Counted from the first letter of the stretch, positions 16,503-25,559 are shown. The stretch is DNA of 64,000 nucleotides from a bacterium (GCA_021778295.1 JAJYCP010000001.1:66513-130512), one strand, 5' to 3'. The notes: generated by a model from the letters alone, not told the origin. Program-made: numbers and translations.

Positions 16503-18044
16503 ATGAAATACCCTCTGCAAGAGATACGCACGCTCGAACTCCCGACCGCCTTGCGCAATATAGAGCACCTCGAAAAACGGCTGCGCGAGGACGCTCCGCG
16601 CCTCTGGGAACGTCGCGGCGAAATACAAGCGCTCAAACTCTTCCACGCCATGGCCGAACGAGTTCCCGCGTACAAGGATGTGCTGAAGAAAAACCGCATC
16701 CGCCCCGATTCCGTCCGCTCAATGCAAGATTTCAAACAGCTCCCACTTTTGGATAAGACCAGCTACCTGCGCGCCTATCCTCTGAAGGAGTTGTGCTGGG
16801 ACGGTGAGTTCTCCGAACGCGCATGGACCGTTTGCACGACTTCCGGCTCGACCGGCGAGCCGTTCTATTTTCCACACGGAGCGATGCAAGATGCGCAGTA
16901 TGCGCTCTTCGCCGAACTCTATCTGCGCACCAACTTTCAAATTCATAAGAAGCGCACGCTCTACGTCAACGGATTCCCAATGGGTGCGTGGATAGGCGGT
17001 GTCTTTACCTATAAAGCGATAACCATGCTCGCCGAGCGCGGCGATTATCCGCTCAGCATCATCAATCCGGGCATCAATAAAATCGAGATTATCAAAGCGA
17101 TTCGCAAGCTTGGCGACGACTTCGATCAGGTCATCATCGGCGGTTACGGTCCGTTCGTCAAAGATACGCTCGACGACGGCATTCGGGAGGGGATGGATTG
17201 GAAGAAATACAATCTCGGCTTCATCTTCTCGGCCGAAGGATTTTCCGAAGGTTTCAGGGATTACGTACTTGAGATGGCGGGGAAGAAAGACGATATCACC
17301 GCGACCCTCAATCACTACGGCACAGTTGACCTCGGGACGATGTCGTACGAAACGCCGCTTGCGGTGCTCGCGCGCCGCCGCGCGGTGGAGCATCCGGAAC
17401 TGTACCGGAAGCTGTTTGACAATTCCATCCGGCTGCCGACGCTGACGCAATTCCTCCCGAGCCTCTTTTTCTTTGAGGAAGTGGACCGGACGCTCGTGTG
17501 CTCCGCGGCGGCCGGCCTTCCGCTTGTACGATACGATTTAAAAGATGTCGGCGGCGTGTACCGGTACGACGAACTAACCGACGCGTTCCATGCGGCCGGC
17601 GTCGACCTCGAGAAGGAGCTCTCCGGCCGGGGTCTTGCGCAAACACGATGGAGCCTGCCGTTCGTATACGTCTACGAGCGGAACGATTTCTCGGTCAGTT
17701 TCTATGCATTCCAGATTTATCCGGCGACTATCCGGCGCGCGCTCGAGCAGACGTCGCTTCGCTCGAAGCTGACGGGGAAGTTCGCAATGCGCGTGGAGTA
17801 TGACCGCAACCAGAACCAGCGGTTTGAAGTCAATGTCGAACTCAAGAGCGGTGTGGTGCGTACCGATGCGCTGAAAGAGAAGGTGACGAAACTGGTGACT
17901 GAACAGTTGCTCAAAGAAAGTTCCGAGTACCGCGAGACACATCGCATGAAAGGACGTCGCGTCTTCCCACATGTAGTGTTCTGGCCATACGAGCACGAGC
18001 GCTTTTTCCGTTCGGGCATCAAGCAGAAGTGGGTAGTACGTTAG
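16503..18044 (+). CDS. PaaK/coenzyme F390 synthetase-family adenylate-forming enzyme (phenylacetate-CoA ligase-like).
   Basis: AMP-binding P-loop TSGSTGEP near residue 110. Has the size (513 aa) and layout of the PaaK/CapK family. Confidence 0.7.
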   Translation: MKYPLQEIRTLELPTALRNIEHLEKRLREDAPRLWERRGEIQALKLFHAMAERVPAYKDVLKKNRIRPDSVRSMQDFKQLPLLDKTSYLRAYPLKELCWDGEFSERAWTVCTTSGSTGEPFYFPHGAMQDAQYALFAELYLRTNFQIHKKRTLYVNGFPMGAWIGGVFTYKAITMLAERGDYPLSIINPGINKIEIIKAIRKLGDDFDQVIIGGYGPFVKDTLDDGIREGMDWKKYNLGFIFSAEGFSEGFRDYVLEMAGKKDDITATLNHYGTVDLGTMSYETPLAVLARRRAVEHPELYRKLFDNSIRLPTLTQFLPSLFFFEEVDRTLVCSAAAGLPLVRYDLKDVGGVYRYDELTDAFHAAGVDLEKELSGRGLAQTRWSLPFVYVYERNDFSVSFYAFQIYPATIRRALEQTSLRSKLTGKFAMRVEYDRNQNQRFEVNVELKSGVVRTDALKEKVTKLVTEQLLKESSEYRETHRMKGRRVFPHVVFWPYEHERFFRSGIKQKWVVR

Positions 18045-18061
18045 CCATAAGCTTAATTATC

Positions 18062-18847
18062 TTATTCTCCCTCTACTTTTTTTGTTTCGTTAGCATCGAG
18101 TCGTCCAGCTTCTTCCCATGCAAGATTGAAGAGACTCTCTATAACATCTGCAATATCCTGACTCTGAATAATCACACCGAATTCCTCGCTTGTTGAAATG
18201 AATACGATTTTGTCCGCATATATACGCAGTTCAGAAGAAAATGGGTATATATCGGCTGGTACACTTCGTACTCTTGAGGCGTCATTCGCATTTAACAGCG
18301 CGCGCTCGACAGTTTTTTCGTAAGGGAAAATAATCTTCGTTTTATACTTGCGTTGCAAATTTTGATTATCCCAAAAGGAAAATGATGATCCGAATGTAGT
18401 TTTTGATATAGGTAAAAATGTATACACTTGCGTCCCAGGCGGGTAGGCTAGTAGGTCATTACTAACAGTTTGTATTCCGCCAACTCCTTCGTAAAACAAC
18501 ACGTGTGGTTGGCTCTTTAATTTCTTCGATACTGAAAGAAGTTCGGAAAGTAATAAACTCATTTCATTTTCCTGTCGAGCCGAGTCCTGAGCCAACTTAT
18601 CAGCTCGTTCCACAAGTTTTTCTGGAGAGACAGCATGATATTTAAGAATCCCATTCTGTTGTGTTTTCTCGACAAATCCCTGTTCCACAAGCGTAGCAAG
18701 TAACATATAGGCCGACGATCGATTGAGTTTTGCTTCTCTTGCGGCCTCGTGCGCGCTTGCCGGACCCATAGTAAGTAATTCCTGATAAAGAACCGCCGCT
18801 TTTTGTGAAAGCCCAAATTCTTGGAGGTGTGACAGTAAAGTATTCAT
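18062..18847 (-). CDS. TrmB-family transcriptional regulator (paralog 1).
   Basis: N-terminal TrmB winged HTH: LQEFGLSQKAAVLYQELLTMGPASAHEAAREAKLNRSSAYMLLATLVEQGFV. Low-GC island. Confidence 0.65.
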   Translation of the reverse strand: MNTLLSHLQEFGLSQKAAVLYQELLTMGPASAHEAAREAKLNRSSAYMLLATLVEQGFVEKTQQNGILKYHAVSPEKLVERADKLAQDSARQENEMSLLLSELLSVSKKLKSQPHVLFYEGVGGIQTVSNDLLAYPPGTQVYTFLPISKTTFGSSFSFWDNQNLQRKYKTKIIFPYEKTVERALLNANDASRVRSVPADIYPFSSELRIYADKIVFISTSEEFGVIIQSQDIADVIESLFNLAWEEAGRLDANETKKVEGE

Positions 18848-19623
18848 GGAAATTCATCACCTATCCTCCGCGCTTCTCCGATCGCAAGGTCAAAAATTGT
18901 CTTCATTAATTCCGCAATTTTCTTACTTCTAATGAACGCTGTAAAAAGGAATGTGTGCGACATAAAAATCGTCTTATCATCGTAGACAGCAAAATCAGCA
19001 GGGAATCGATACCTGTCTTCTGAGATAAAAAAATGTGTATCCAAATCCTTAGACACAGGCATATTCTTAAATGCATTCATACTGTGAGGCTCTGCCGGAT
19101 GAATCCCAACCATACCGATGTTTCTTTCCATCCGTTTCTGGACATAGGGAGGTAGATAATCGGGTAAGGTTCTAAAAATTTCAGGACCGGAGGAAATAAC
19201 CCGCATATATCCCTCTTTTAGAGAAAGACTATCATCAAATCCGTCTATTAACCCCTGCCGTCCTTCAAGTATAGTAACTTTGGGCCTGTAACGTGCCCCC
19301 CGATGTTTCGAGGAAAGTGTCGGAAGCATGGTCCGCAGGTTTTTACTAAGCAGCTCATGCTTTTCAGTCTTTTCCTTTGCTAGTTGCAGAAGATGTTCGG
19401 GTGGGGCAGCCACATATTTTCTGACCCCATGAGTAGTTCCGATGCTTATGAGCCCTTGTTTAATAAGCCGTTCAATGACTACGTACATTGAGCTACGGTT
19501 GATACCTGTCTCCTTACTAGCCAACTGAGCTGTAGCTCCATCGAGGGACAAAAGTGCAAGGTAGACCTGAGCATCCTTTTCGGGAAGCCCTAGTGCAGAG
19601 AGTCGTTTTGCGAGGGGTGTCAT
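18844..19623 (-). CDS. TrmB-family transcriptional regulator (paralog 2).
   Basis: LSALGLPEKDAQVYLALLSLDGATAQLASKETGINRSSMYVVIERLIKQGLI. Overlaps paralog 1 by 4 nt. Confidence 0.65.
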   Translation of the reverse strand: MTPLAKRLSALGLPEKDAQVYLALLSLDGATAQLASKETGINRSSMYVVIERLIKQGLISIGTTHGVRKYVAAPPEHLLQLAKEKTEKHELLSKNLRTMLPTLSSKHRGARYRPKVTILEGRQGLIDGFDDSLSLKEGYMRVISSGPEIFRTLPDYLPPYVQKRMERNIGMVGIHPAEPHSMNAFKNMPVSKDLDTHFFISEDRYRFPADFAVYDDKTIFMSHTFLFTAFIRSKKIAELMKTIFDLAIGEARRIGDEFP

Positions 19624-19780
19624 ATTGGCACAACAGGCGGAAACTCACTTCGCCCATTTGTTGTCACATACTAGCAACAGTATTCAATATAAGCAAGCAA
19701 CTACGGGCTTAGAGGTGAGGCAGTCCATTCTGACATTTTTACCCTCATTTCGATCTTCTTTCGAAAATAGTTGTTAATTG

Positions 19781-19876
19781 TTGACAACATTCTCCTCTTG
19801 GACAAACTACCCATAGACTGTTCTTTGTCATGGATTGTCCGTGACCAGGGTAACAGTTGCTTTGTGGAGATGTGTG
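19781..19876 (+). promoter_or_regulatory. Promoter plus conserved 5' leader, module copy B.
   Basis: TTGACA(19781)-N16-CAAACT-N6-AGACTGTTCTTTG...GGTAACAGTT...GGAGATG. Same spacing to the ATG as copy A. Confidence 0.5.
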
Positions 19877-20461
19877 ATGAAACACATTCATCATGAATTA
19901 CCGTGGGGTAGCAATTCTTCTCCAGTCCTTGCAATCGGCGGCGGTGATGGCGGTTGTTATCAGAAAATCCAGGCGCTCGATTTGGAACCCATCATGGTCA
20001 AACTCATGGATCCGGTCGAGGGTGAAGGATGGACCCTTGAGCAGGTGCGCGAGACGGAGGTCTGGTACAAGCGGTTTCTGTACCTCAACGCCGTCTATCC
20101 AGATCGCTCAATCGTGCCGACTCATGCTATTGACTCGTTCTGGCACTACCACATCCTCGACACGCTGAAGTATGCTGAGGACTGCCAGATCGCGTTCGGC
20201 TACTTCCTGCACCATTTCCCGTACTTCGGTATGCGCGGTGACGAAGACCAACAGAACCTCCTGGATGCGAGCGAGCAGACTTGGGATCTGTTTCGCGAAC
20301 ACTTCAACGAAGAACCGGTAATCCTGCACGGAGATGTGAGCAAATGCGTTAAATCGTGCACTGGCAAAACATGTTCTCATTGCAAGGCTCCAACCTGTTC
20401 CAGTGGTCCGAAGGTGCGGAGCAACGAACGTCCGCGACTGGCTGTTGCGGTGGCCGTGTAG
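19877..20461 (+). CDS. Glycine-rich-domain-protein-like (DUF1399-like) protein with a Cys-rich C-terminal tail.
   Basis: Motif AIDSFWHYHILDTLKYAEDCQIAFGYFLHHFP. Tail CVKSCTGKTCSHCKAPTCSS. SD GGAG lies before ATG 19877. Confidence 0.45.
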   Translation: MKHIHHELPWGSNSSPVLAIGGGDGGCYQKIQALDLEPIMVKLMDPVEGEGWTLEQVRETEVWYKRFLYLNAVYPDRSIVPTHAIDSFWHYHILDTLKYAEDCQIAFGYFLHHFPYFGMRGDEDQQNLLDASEQTWDLFREHFNEEPVILHGDVSKCVKSCTGKTCSHCKAPTCSSGPKVRSNERPRLAVAVAV

Positions 20462-20522
20462 CTATACCGCTAAGTGGCGCGGCAAGACTCAATGAGAGGC
20501 CGGAGATTTTTCCGGCCTCTTT

Positions 20523-21404
20523 TTATTTTAGAAAAGCATCGAACCAGTTAACAATTTCTTGATCCACTTGTGTCTCGTATTCTTCTAATGCATGTGTACC
20601 CCGTGGATATGCTATGAGCTTGAAATCACGGAAATGTCCAGCTGCTTTTTCTGCAAACCGAAATGCTTCGCGTGAGTCAACGCGCCAATCTGCCATTCCA
20701 CACAACACTAAAAGTGGCACAGCACGCGGAATCTCTTTATACCAATAGATGACTGAACGTTTTTTCTTTTCTTCACGTGAACCACCAAACATTTTCTGAA
20801 AATGTTTTCTCATTTCTGGACGGTATGTCTCCTGGAAAAACAAATCGGTAGGGCCAGATACAACAACCGCAGCGCGTACCCATCTTGTTTTCTGAAGCGT
20901 GCGATACGTCATAATACCTCCGCGGCTAAAGCCATACATGCCGATTTTCTTTGTATCGCAAAAAGATAGTCCTGCGATAATTTTTTTTAGATTTATCACA
21001 TCATGAAGATCCAAACCACCCATCTCATCAACGCCTTCACCTCCAGCAACACCAGAATATTGAGATGCGATAACGACATAGCCAGCGCGCGCGAGCGCGG
21101 CAATAGTGCCAGTAAATAACCATCCGATTCGAATTGCGCCAAATTCACCACTACCGCCACGGTTGTACACTACAGTCGGTGCGCGAGCAGTATGTTTCTT
21201 TGGTACAACTATATAGCCCACAACCGCATGGCCTTGAGAAGTGTAAGTGAATCGGTAAGCGGTCATATACTTCTGGTTCTTTTTCACTTCAACGGAAAAG
21301 TCTTGACCGAATCGAGCCCGGAGTTCTCTGGTTATAACGATTTTTCTTACCTCGCGCACGATTGGGACTTTCATAAGATCGCGCAACACAAGATCATCTT
21401 TCAT
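20523..21404 (-). CDS. Alpha/beta-hydrolase of the S9 peptidase/dienelactone-hydrolase type.
   Basis: Nucleophile elbow GFSRGG with downstream Asp and His. 293 aa. TATAGT sits 6 nt before ATG. Low GC. Confidence 0.65.
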   Translation of the reverse strand: MKDDLVLRDLMKVPIVREVRKIVITRELRARFGQDFSVEVKKNQKYMTAYRFTYTSQGHAVVGYIVVPKKHTARAPTVVYNRGGSGEFGAIRIGWLFTGTIAALARAGYVVIASQYSGVAGGEGVDEMGGLDLHDVINLKKIIAGLSFCDTKKIGMYGFSRGGIMTYRTLQKTRWVRAAVVVSGPTDLFFQETYRPEMRKHFQKMFGGSREEKKKRSVIYWYKEIPRAVPLLVLCGMADWRVDSREAFRFAEKAAGHFRDFKLIAYPRGTHALEEYETQVDQEIVNWFDAFLK

Positions 21405-21449
21405 AATAACTATATGCTAGCAGGGTATAAAATCAGTGTCTATCTCCGG

Positions 21450-21480
21450 TAATTACTACTACTAATAGTAGTAGTAATTA
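21450..21480. promoter_or_regulatory. Perfect 31-bp palindrome TAATTACTACTACTA-A-TAGTAGTAGTAATTA (candidate operator).
   Basis: Read directly from the sequence. Lies about 45 bp upstream of the hydrolase start, in a 400-bp AT-rich intergenic region. Confidence 0.35.
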
Positions 21481-21803
21481 ATAGGAACAGGAGTCCAAAA
21501 ATGGATCCGCCAAGCTGTATTCTCCAAGGACTAGGGAGTTTGAGAATCATTGAGAAAAGTTTTAACCGTATACTACACAGGTAGCAGTATCCGACGATCA
21601 GTGTAGTGGTCACGAAGGTTCAACAGGCGGCGGTAACGGAACAAGGGGCAAATAATCTGATGTTCCCATTAGGCTGGTAGTTGAAAAATCAACTACTCAT
21701 ACCCCGAGTGTTTCCGAATAATGAAACACCTGAGGATTAACGAGGTTAGCATTTCTTAAATCAGTTATAATGGAACTATGGGGGTTTTCTTAACCCAACG
21801 AAT

Positions 21804-22865
21804 ATGGTTCCCGATAACACAATTCTTCTTGAAATTCTGCGAGATGCTTGTCGAGCTCCCTCTGGTGATAATGTTCAGCCGTGGCGTTTCCGGTGGGACG
21901 GCTTGACACTATCCCTCTACAACATCCCTGGCATCCATAACTCATACCTTGATTTTGAAGAACGTGGCGCATATATCGCACATGGTGCGCTCCTCGAGAA
22001 CCTCGCGATTGCCGCCCCACATTACGGCTACAACGTCTCGATAATGCTCTTCCCGGATCAGGGGATGCCCGACCTTGTCGCACGCGTCGCCTTTGCGCCT
22101 AGCGCTACATATGACGACCCGCTGTATGCGAGCATTCAGAGACGCGCAACAAACCGTCGACCGTATGCATCACGCGCACTTGCGTCCGATGCACGTGCCG
22201 CGCTCAAGGACGTTGCGATGCCTGAGGGTATGACGCTCGTTCTCATTGAAGATGCTGCAAAAAGAGAGACGCTCGCGCCGCATATAAGCGCAATCGAGCA
22301 GCTCTTGCTCGGCCATGCGGCTCTGTCGAGCGCATTTTTCGCTCATATCGTGTGGACGAAGCGTGAAGAACGTGCGAGACGTAGCGGATTCTACGTAAAA
22401 ACCATGGAGTTCAATCCAGTGCAGGCATTCGTATTCAAGCTCGCGAGTAAGCCCTGGCTTATGCGCGCGTTCCGCAAACTTGGGCTCCCCGCACTCATTG
22501 CGAGTGAAGATGCTAAGATATATGGGGGAGGCTCGGCACTCGGGGGACTGTATGCGCCAGACTTTTCCAAAACCAGCGCACTTGCGCTCGGACGTGCACT
22601 TGAGCGCGTATGGCTTACTGCGACGACGCACGGACTCGCGTTCCAACCACTCTTCGGTACCACCATGATGGGGTACAAGTCGCGCCGCGGCGAAGCGATG
22701 TTCCTCTCGGATGCGGAACGTGCCGCCATTGAAGTAAGCGCGCTCTCTCTTGAGACGGCATTCAGAAATACGCGCGATACACCGACGCTCATCTTCCGTG
22801 TCGGCTATGCCCAGGAACCGAGTGCGTATACGTCTCGGAAGGAACCGAACATAGTTTATAATTAG
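21804..22865 (+). CDS. Nitroreductase-family protein (tandem/large form).
   Basis: N-terminal SGDNVQPWRF nitroreductase motif. A second nitroreductase-like half gives 353 aa in total. Confidence 0.65.
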   Translation: MVPDNTILLEILRDACRAPSGDNVQPWRFRWDGLTLSLYNIPGIHNSYLDFEERGAYIAHGALLENLAIAAPHYGYNVSIMLFPDQGMPDLVARVAFAPSATYDDPLYASIQRRATNRRPYASRALASDARAALKDVAMPEGMTLVLIEDAAKRETLAPHISAIEQLLLGHAALSSAFFAHIVWTKREERARRSGFYVKTMEFNPVQAFVFKLASKPWLMRAFRKLGLPALIASEDAKIYGGGSALGGLYAPDFSKTSALALGRALERVWLTATTHGLAFQPLFGTTMMGYKSRRGEAMFLSDAERAAIEVSALSLETAFRNTRDTPTLIFRVGYAQEPSAYTSRKEPNIVYN

Positions 22866-22872
22866 GGCACCC

Positions 22873-24471
22873 ATGGGTGCCCTTGCGAATTTTGATCTCT
22901 TGTCGGTGGGCGTTGCCATCGCGGGCACGCTTGTGCTCGGGTTCGTCATTTATTTCACAGACCAGAAGAGCAGTACGAACCGCATTTTCTTCGCGTTCGC
23001 ATTCGTCACCGCAATATGGGGCTTGCTCAACTATCTCAGTTATCGCGTCGAAGATCTATCCATCGCGTTCGCACTCCTACGCTTCGAACTCGCGCTCGCC
23101 GTGTGGCAAACGTTCATAATTTTTCGACTCCTGCTCATCTTTCCGGATCACAACGACACGCTTCCACGGCGCTATCTGCTCGCGCTTGTCGTGTACACGG
23201 GCGTCATATCCGTGCTGTGCCTTACGCCGTTCGTCTTCGAGCGTATCACTGCAGTTACCGCCACTGGGTATATCAAAGACATAGCCGTCGGGCCGGCAAT
23301 CGCGCTCTTCGGCGTCACAAGTATAGGGTTCGTCCTTGCAGGATGGGTAGTGTGCGCCCGAAAGACGTTCCGCCTCATGGGCACACAGCGTGCGCAAACG
23401 GGATTCTTCCTGCTCGGAGCGATTACGATGTTCTTGCCAATCATCATCCTGAACTTCATCTTCCCAGCATTCTTGCGGGATTCGAGGTTCGTTCCGTACG
23501 GTGCGGTCTCGATATTCCCGTTCGTACTGTTCACGTCCTACGCAATCCTGCGTTTCCATTTGTTCAACATCAAGGTCATCACGACTTCCATACTCGTATT
23601 CGTGCTTTCCGTCGTTTCATTTGGCCAGGTCCTTTTCTCGGATACGTTGCCTACGATGCTGTTCCAGACAAGCGTTTTCGTCCTCGTCCTCGTCTTCGGC
23701 ATCAATCTGATACGGAGCGTCATACGCGAAGTAGAGCAACGAGAGAAAATACAGAAGCTCGCCGAGGAGCTCGCGGCGACCAACGAGCGACAGGAGACGC
23801 TGATTCACTTCATCGGGCACGAAGTCAAAGGGTTCCTGGCCAAGGACGCAGGCGCGTTCACTTCGCTTGTTGACGGCGATTTTGGCGTATTGCCCGGGGA
23901 ATTGAAACCGCTTGTGGAACGCGCGCTCGTTGAGACGCGGCAGGGCGTTGCGTCGGTGGAGGCTCTCCTAAAGGCGGCAAACTTGAAGAAAGGGACCGTA
24001 ACGTATACAAAAGCGCCGTTTGACCTCAAAGAGCTCGTTGCGGGGGCCGTAGAGAAAGAGAGGCCTGCGGCTGAGAACAAAGGGCTCGCGCTCTCGTTTA
24101 CAGCCGACGACGCGTCGTACCAAATGACGGGGGATAAGGGGCAAATCAACGACCACGTCCTGCGCAACCTCATAGATAACGCTGTCAATTACACGCCATC
24201 GGGCTCGATTGCAGTATCGCTCAGGCGCGAGGGCGACAAGCTCGTGTTCGCAGTGAAAGACAGTGGCGTCGGCATCACCGACGAAGACAAGCAGCGTCTT
24301 TTCACCGAGGGCGGCCACGGCAAGGATTCGCAGAAGGTGAATGTCCATTCCACCGGCTATGGTCTTTACATCGCAAAGCAGATAGTCGAGGCGCACGGCG
24401 GCACCATCCGCGCCGAGTCTGAAGGGCAGGGCAAGGGCTCGACGTTTATCGCAGAATTTCCGGCCCAGTAA
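22873..24471 (+). CDS. Sensor histidine kinase with a multi-TM N-terminal sensor.
   Basis: About 7 TM helices. H-box HFIGHEVKG. N box NLIDNAVNYT. G1 DSGVGI. G2 GYGLYIAKQIVEAHGG. No response regulator adjacent. Confidence 0.8.
   Translation: MGALANFDLLSVGVAIAGTLVLGFVIYFTDQKSSTNRIFFAFAFVTAIWGLLNYLSYRVEDLSIAFALLRFELALAVWQTFIIFRLLLIFPDHNDTLPRRYLLALVVYTGVISVLCLTPFVFERITAVTATGYIKDIAVGPAIALFGVTSIGFVLAGWVVCARKTFRLMGTQRAQTGFFLLGAITMFLPIIILNFIFPAFLRDSRFVPYGAVSIFPFVLFTSYAILRFHLFNIKVITTSILVFVLSVVSFGQVLFSDTLPTMLFQTSVFVLVLVFGINLIRSVIREVEQREKIQKLAEELAATNERQETLIHFIGHEVKGFLAKDAGAFTSLVDGDFGVLPGELKPLVERALVETRQGVASVEALLKAANLKKGTVTYTKAPFDLKELVAGAVEKERPAAENKGLALSFTADDASYQMTGDKGQINDHVLRNLIDNAVNYTPSGSIAVSLRREGDKLVFAVKDSGVGITDEDKQRLFTEGGHGKDSQKVNVHSTGYGLYIAKQIVEAHGGTIRAESEGQGKGSTFIAEFPAQ
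24398..24461. repeat. 64-bp direct repeat, copy 1 (last 21 codons of the HK gene).
   Basis: Identical to 26573..26636 (gcggcaccatccgcgccgagtctgaagggcagggcaagggctcgacgtttatcgcagaatttcc). Confidence 0.85.
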
Positions 24472-24568
24472 ACGACCCATCTTGATATTTTTTAATTTTG
24501 TGATATACAAAGGTCAGAAATGACTTTCGAAAGTAGTTCTTTTCCACCCAGCCTGTGGGAGTCAAGTC

Positions 24569-25495
24569 ATGTCTCAGAAAAACGTTTTGATCGTTAGTAA
24601 CACTGACGATGCACATGCTACGGCAGTCCAGGATCGACTTAGGGAACGCTCAATACTGGTGGGCCGTTTGGACAGCGACACGTTCACTTTTGGACAGCAT
24701 GTATGGCGCATCCGCTCAGACACAAACCTGGAATCAAGCTCCTCCTGGTATGTTCCAGATGTGAATGTCATCTGGTATCGGAAAGTGAGGTTCCCAGAAC
24801 CAACTAATGCAGTCCGATCCTTTCTAAATCAGGAAGCTCAAGGGTTGTTTGACTGTATCCTCGCCGATTATCACGACTGTAGATGGGTCAACCCGCGTGA
24901 TCGACTTGCTGAAGCAAGGTCCAAGATCGTGCAGTTGCAACGCGCTAAAGGTGCAGGACTGCGTATTCCCGATACAATCGTCACCACCAGCGTGGAAGCA
25001 TTAGGAGAATTTTCGGCTCGCCACAATGGTCAAATCGTTGCAAAACCAATCCAAGCACAAATTGTGGGTTCAGGCGACGATGCCCTAGTCATTGGGACCA
25101 GGCAGTTAAGCTTGGGGCATTTCGAATCAGCGGTCAGATTCTCTCCCTGTTATGCGCAAGAGCGGTTGTCATTGAAGTCAGAGATCAGGGTCGTTGCTTT
25201 CGGAGACCGGCTCCATTCTTTTCGGCTTACTGCGAAAGAAAAAGCCGATGATCTCAAGCAGCTCAAGTTGAGCAAAATTGATCATGAGCGATGCGAATTG
25301 GATGAAAGCACCTCACGAAAGATTCGCTCAGTCATGTCGCTCTACGGTTTGGAGTTCGCTGCAATTGATCTCGCCGTCATCGACGATGAGGAGCCCGTGT
25401 TTTTAGAGCTCAATCCGAACGGTCAGTGGCTGTGGCTGCAGTATATGACCGGTGAGAACCTAATCGACCCGTTCATAGACCTGCTATGTCCTTAA
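24569..25495 (+). CDS. MdnC/MvdD-like graspetide (microviridin-type) ATP-grasp macrocyclase.
   Basis: SD GGGAG. Matches MdnC block by block: VLIVS..DD, VIWYRKVRF (compare VWYRRMRY), and the C-terminal FAAIDLAVIDDEEPVFLELNPNGQWLWLQ (compare YGAIDMIVTPDERYIFLEINPVGEFFWLE). Confidence 0.8.
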   Translation: MSQKNVLIVSNTDDAHATAVQDRLRERSILVGRLDSDTFTFGQHVWRIRSDTNLESSSSWYVPDVNVIWYRKVRFPEPTNAVRSFLNQEAQGLFDCILADYHDCRWVNPRDRLAEARSKIVQLQRAKGAGLRIPDTIVTTSVEALGEFSARHNGQIVAKPIQAQIVGSGDDALVIGTRQLSLGHFESAVRFSPCYAQERLSLKSEIRVVAFGDRLHSFRLTAKEKADDLKQLKLSKIDHERCELDESTSRKIRSVMSLYGLEFAAIDLAVIDDEEPVFLELNPNGQWLWLQYMTGENLIDPFIDLLCP

Positions 25496-25559
25496 CGTGT
25501 TGCTTCCGAGCCCATTACCCCAGCGGGTAGTGGGCTCCTCTGTTAGTATAATCAGACGC

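Noticed and set aside
21481-21803. Possible structured ncRNA in the long AT-rich intergenic region upstream of the nitroreductase gene.
   Set aside because: Only short local hairpins were found. No RNase P, SRP, tmRNA, 6S or riboswitch signature could be recognised by eye. It is recorded as unexplained rather than called.
23016-23873. A 285-aa plus-strand ORF (Arg/His-rich) and several minus-strand ORFs inside the histidine-kinase gene.
   Set aside because: These are alternate frames of a clearly coding TM-rich region. The composition is typical of off-frame translation of GC-rich DNA.
24519-24596. A 25-aa ORF (MTFESSSFPPSLWESSHVSEKRFDR) with an AAAGG RBS just upstream of the ATP-grasp gene. 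Its FPPSLWES resembles the microviridin core YPSDWEE.
   Set aside because: It overlaps the ATP-grasp start in another frame. It has no leader region. It lacks the Lys and acidic partners needed for the microviridin cage. The 47-aa ORF at 26334 is a far better precursor candidate. It is kept only as a curiosity.
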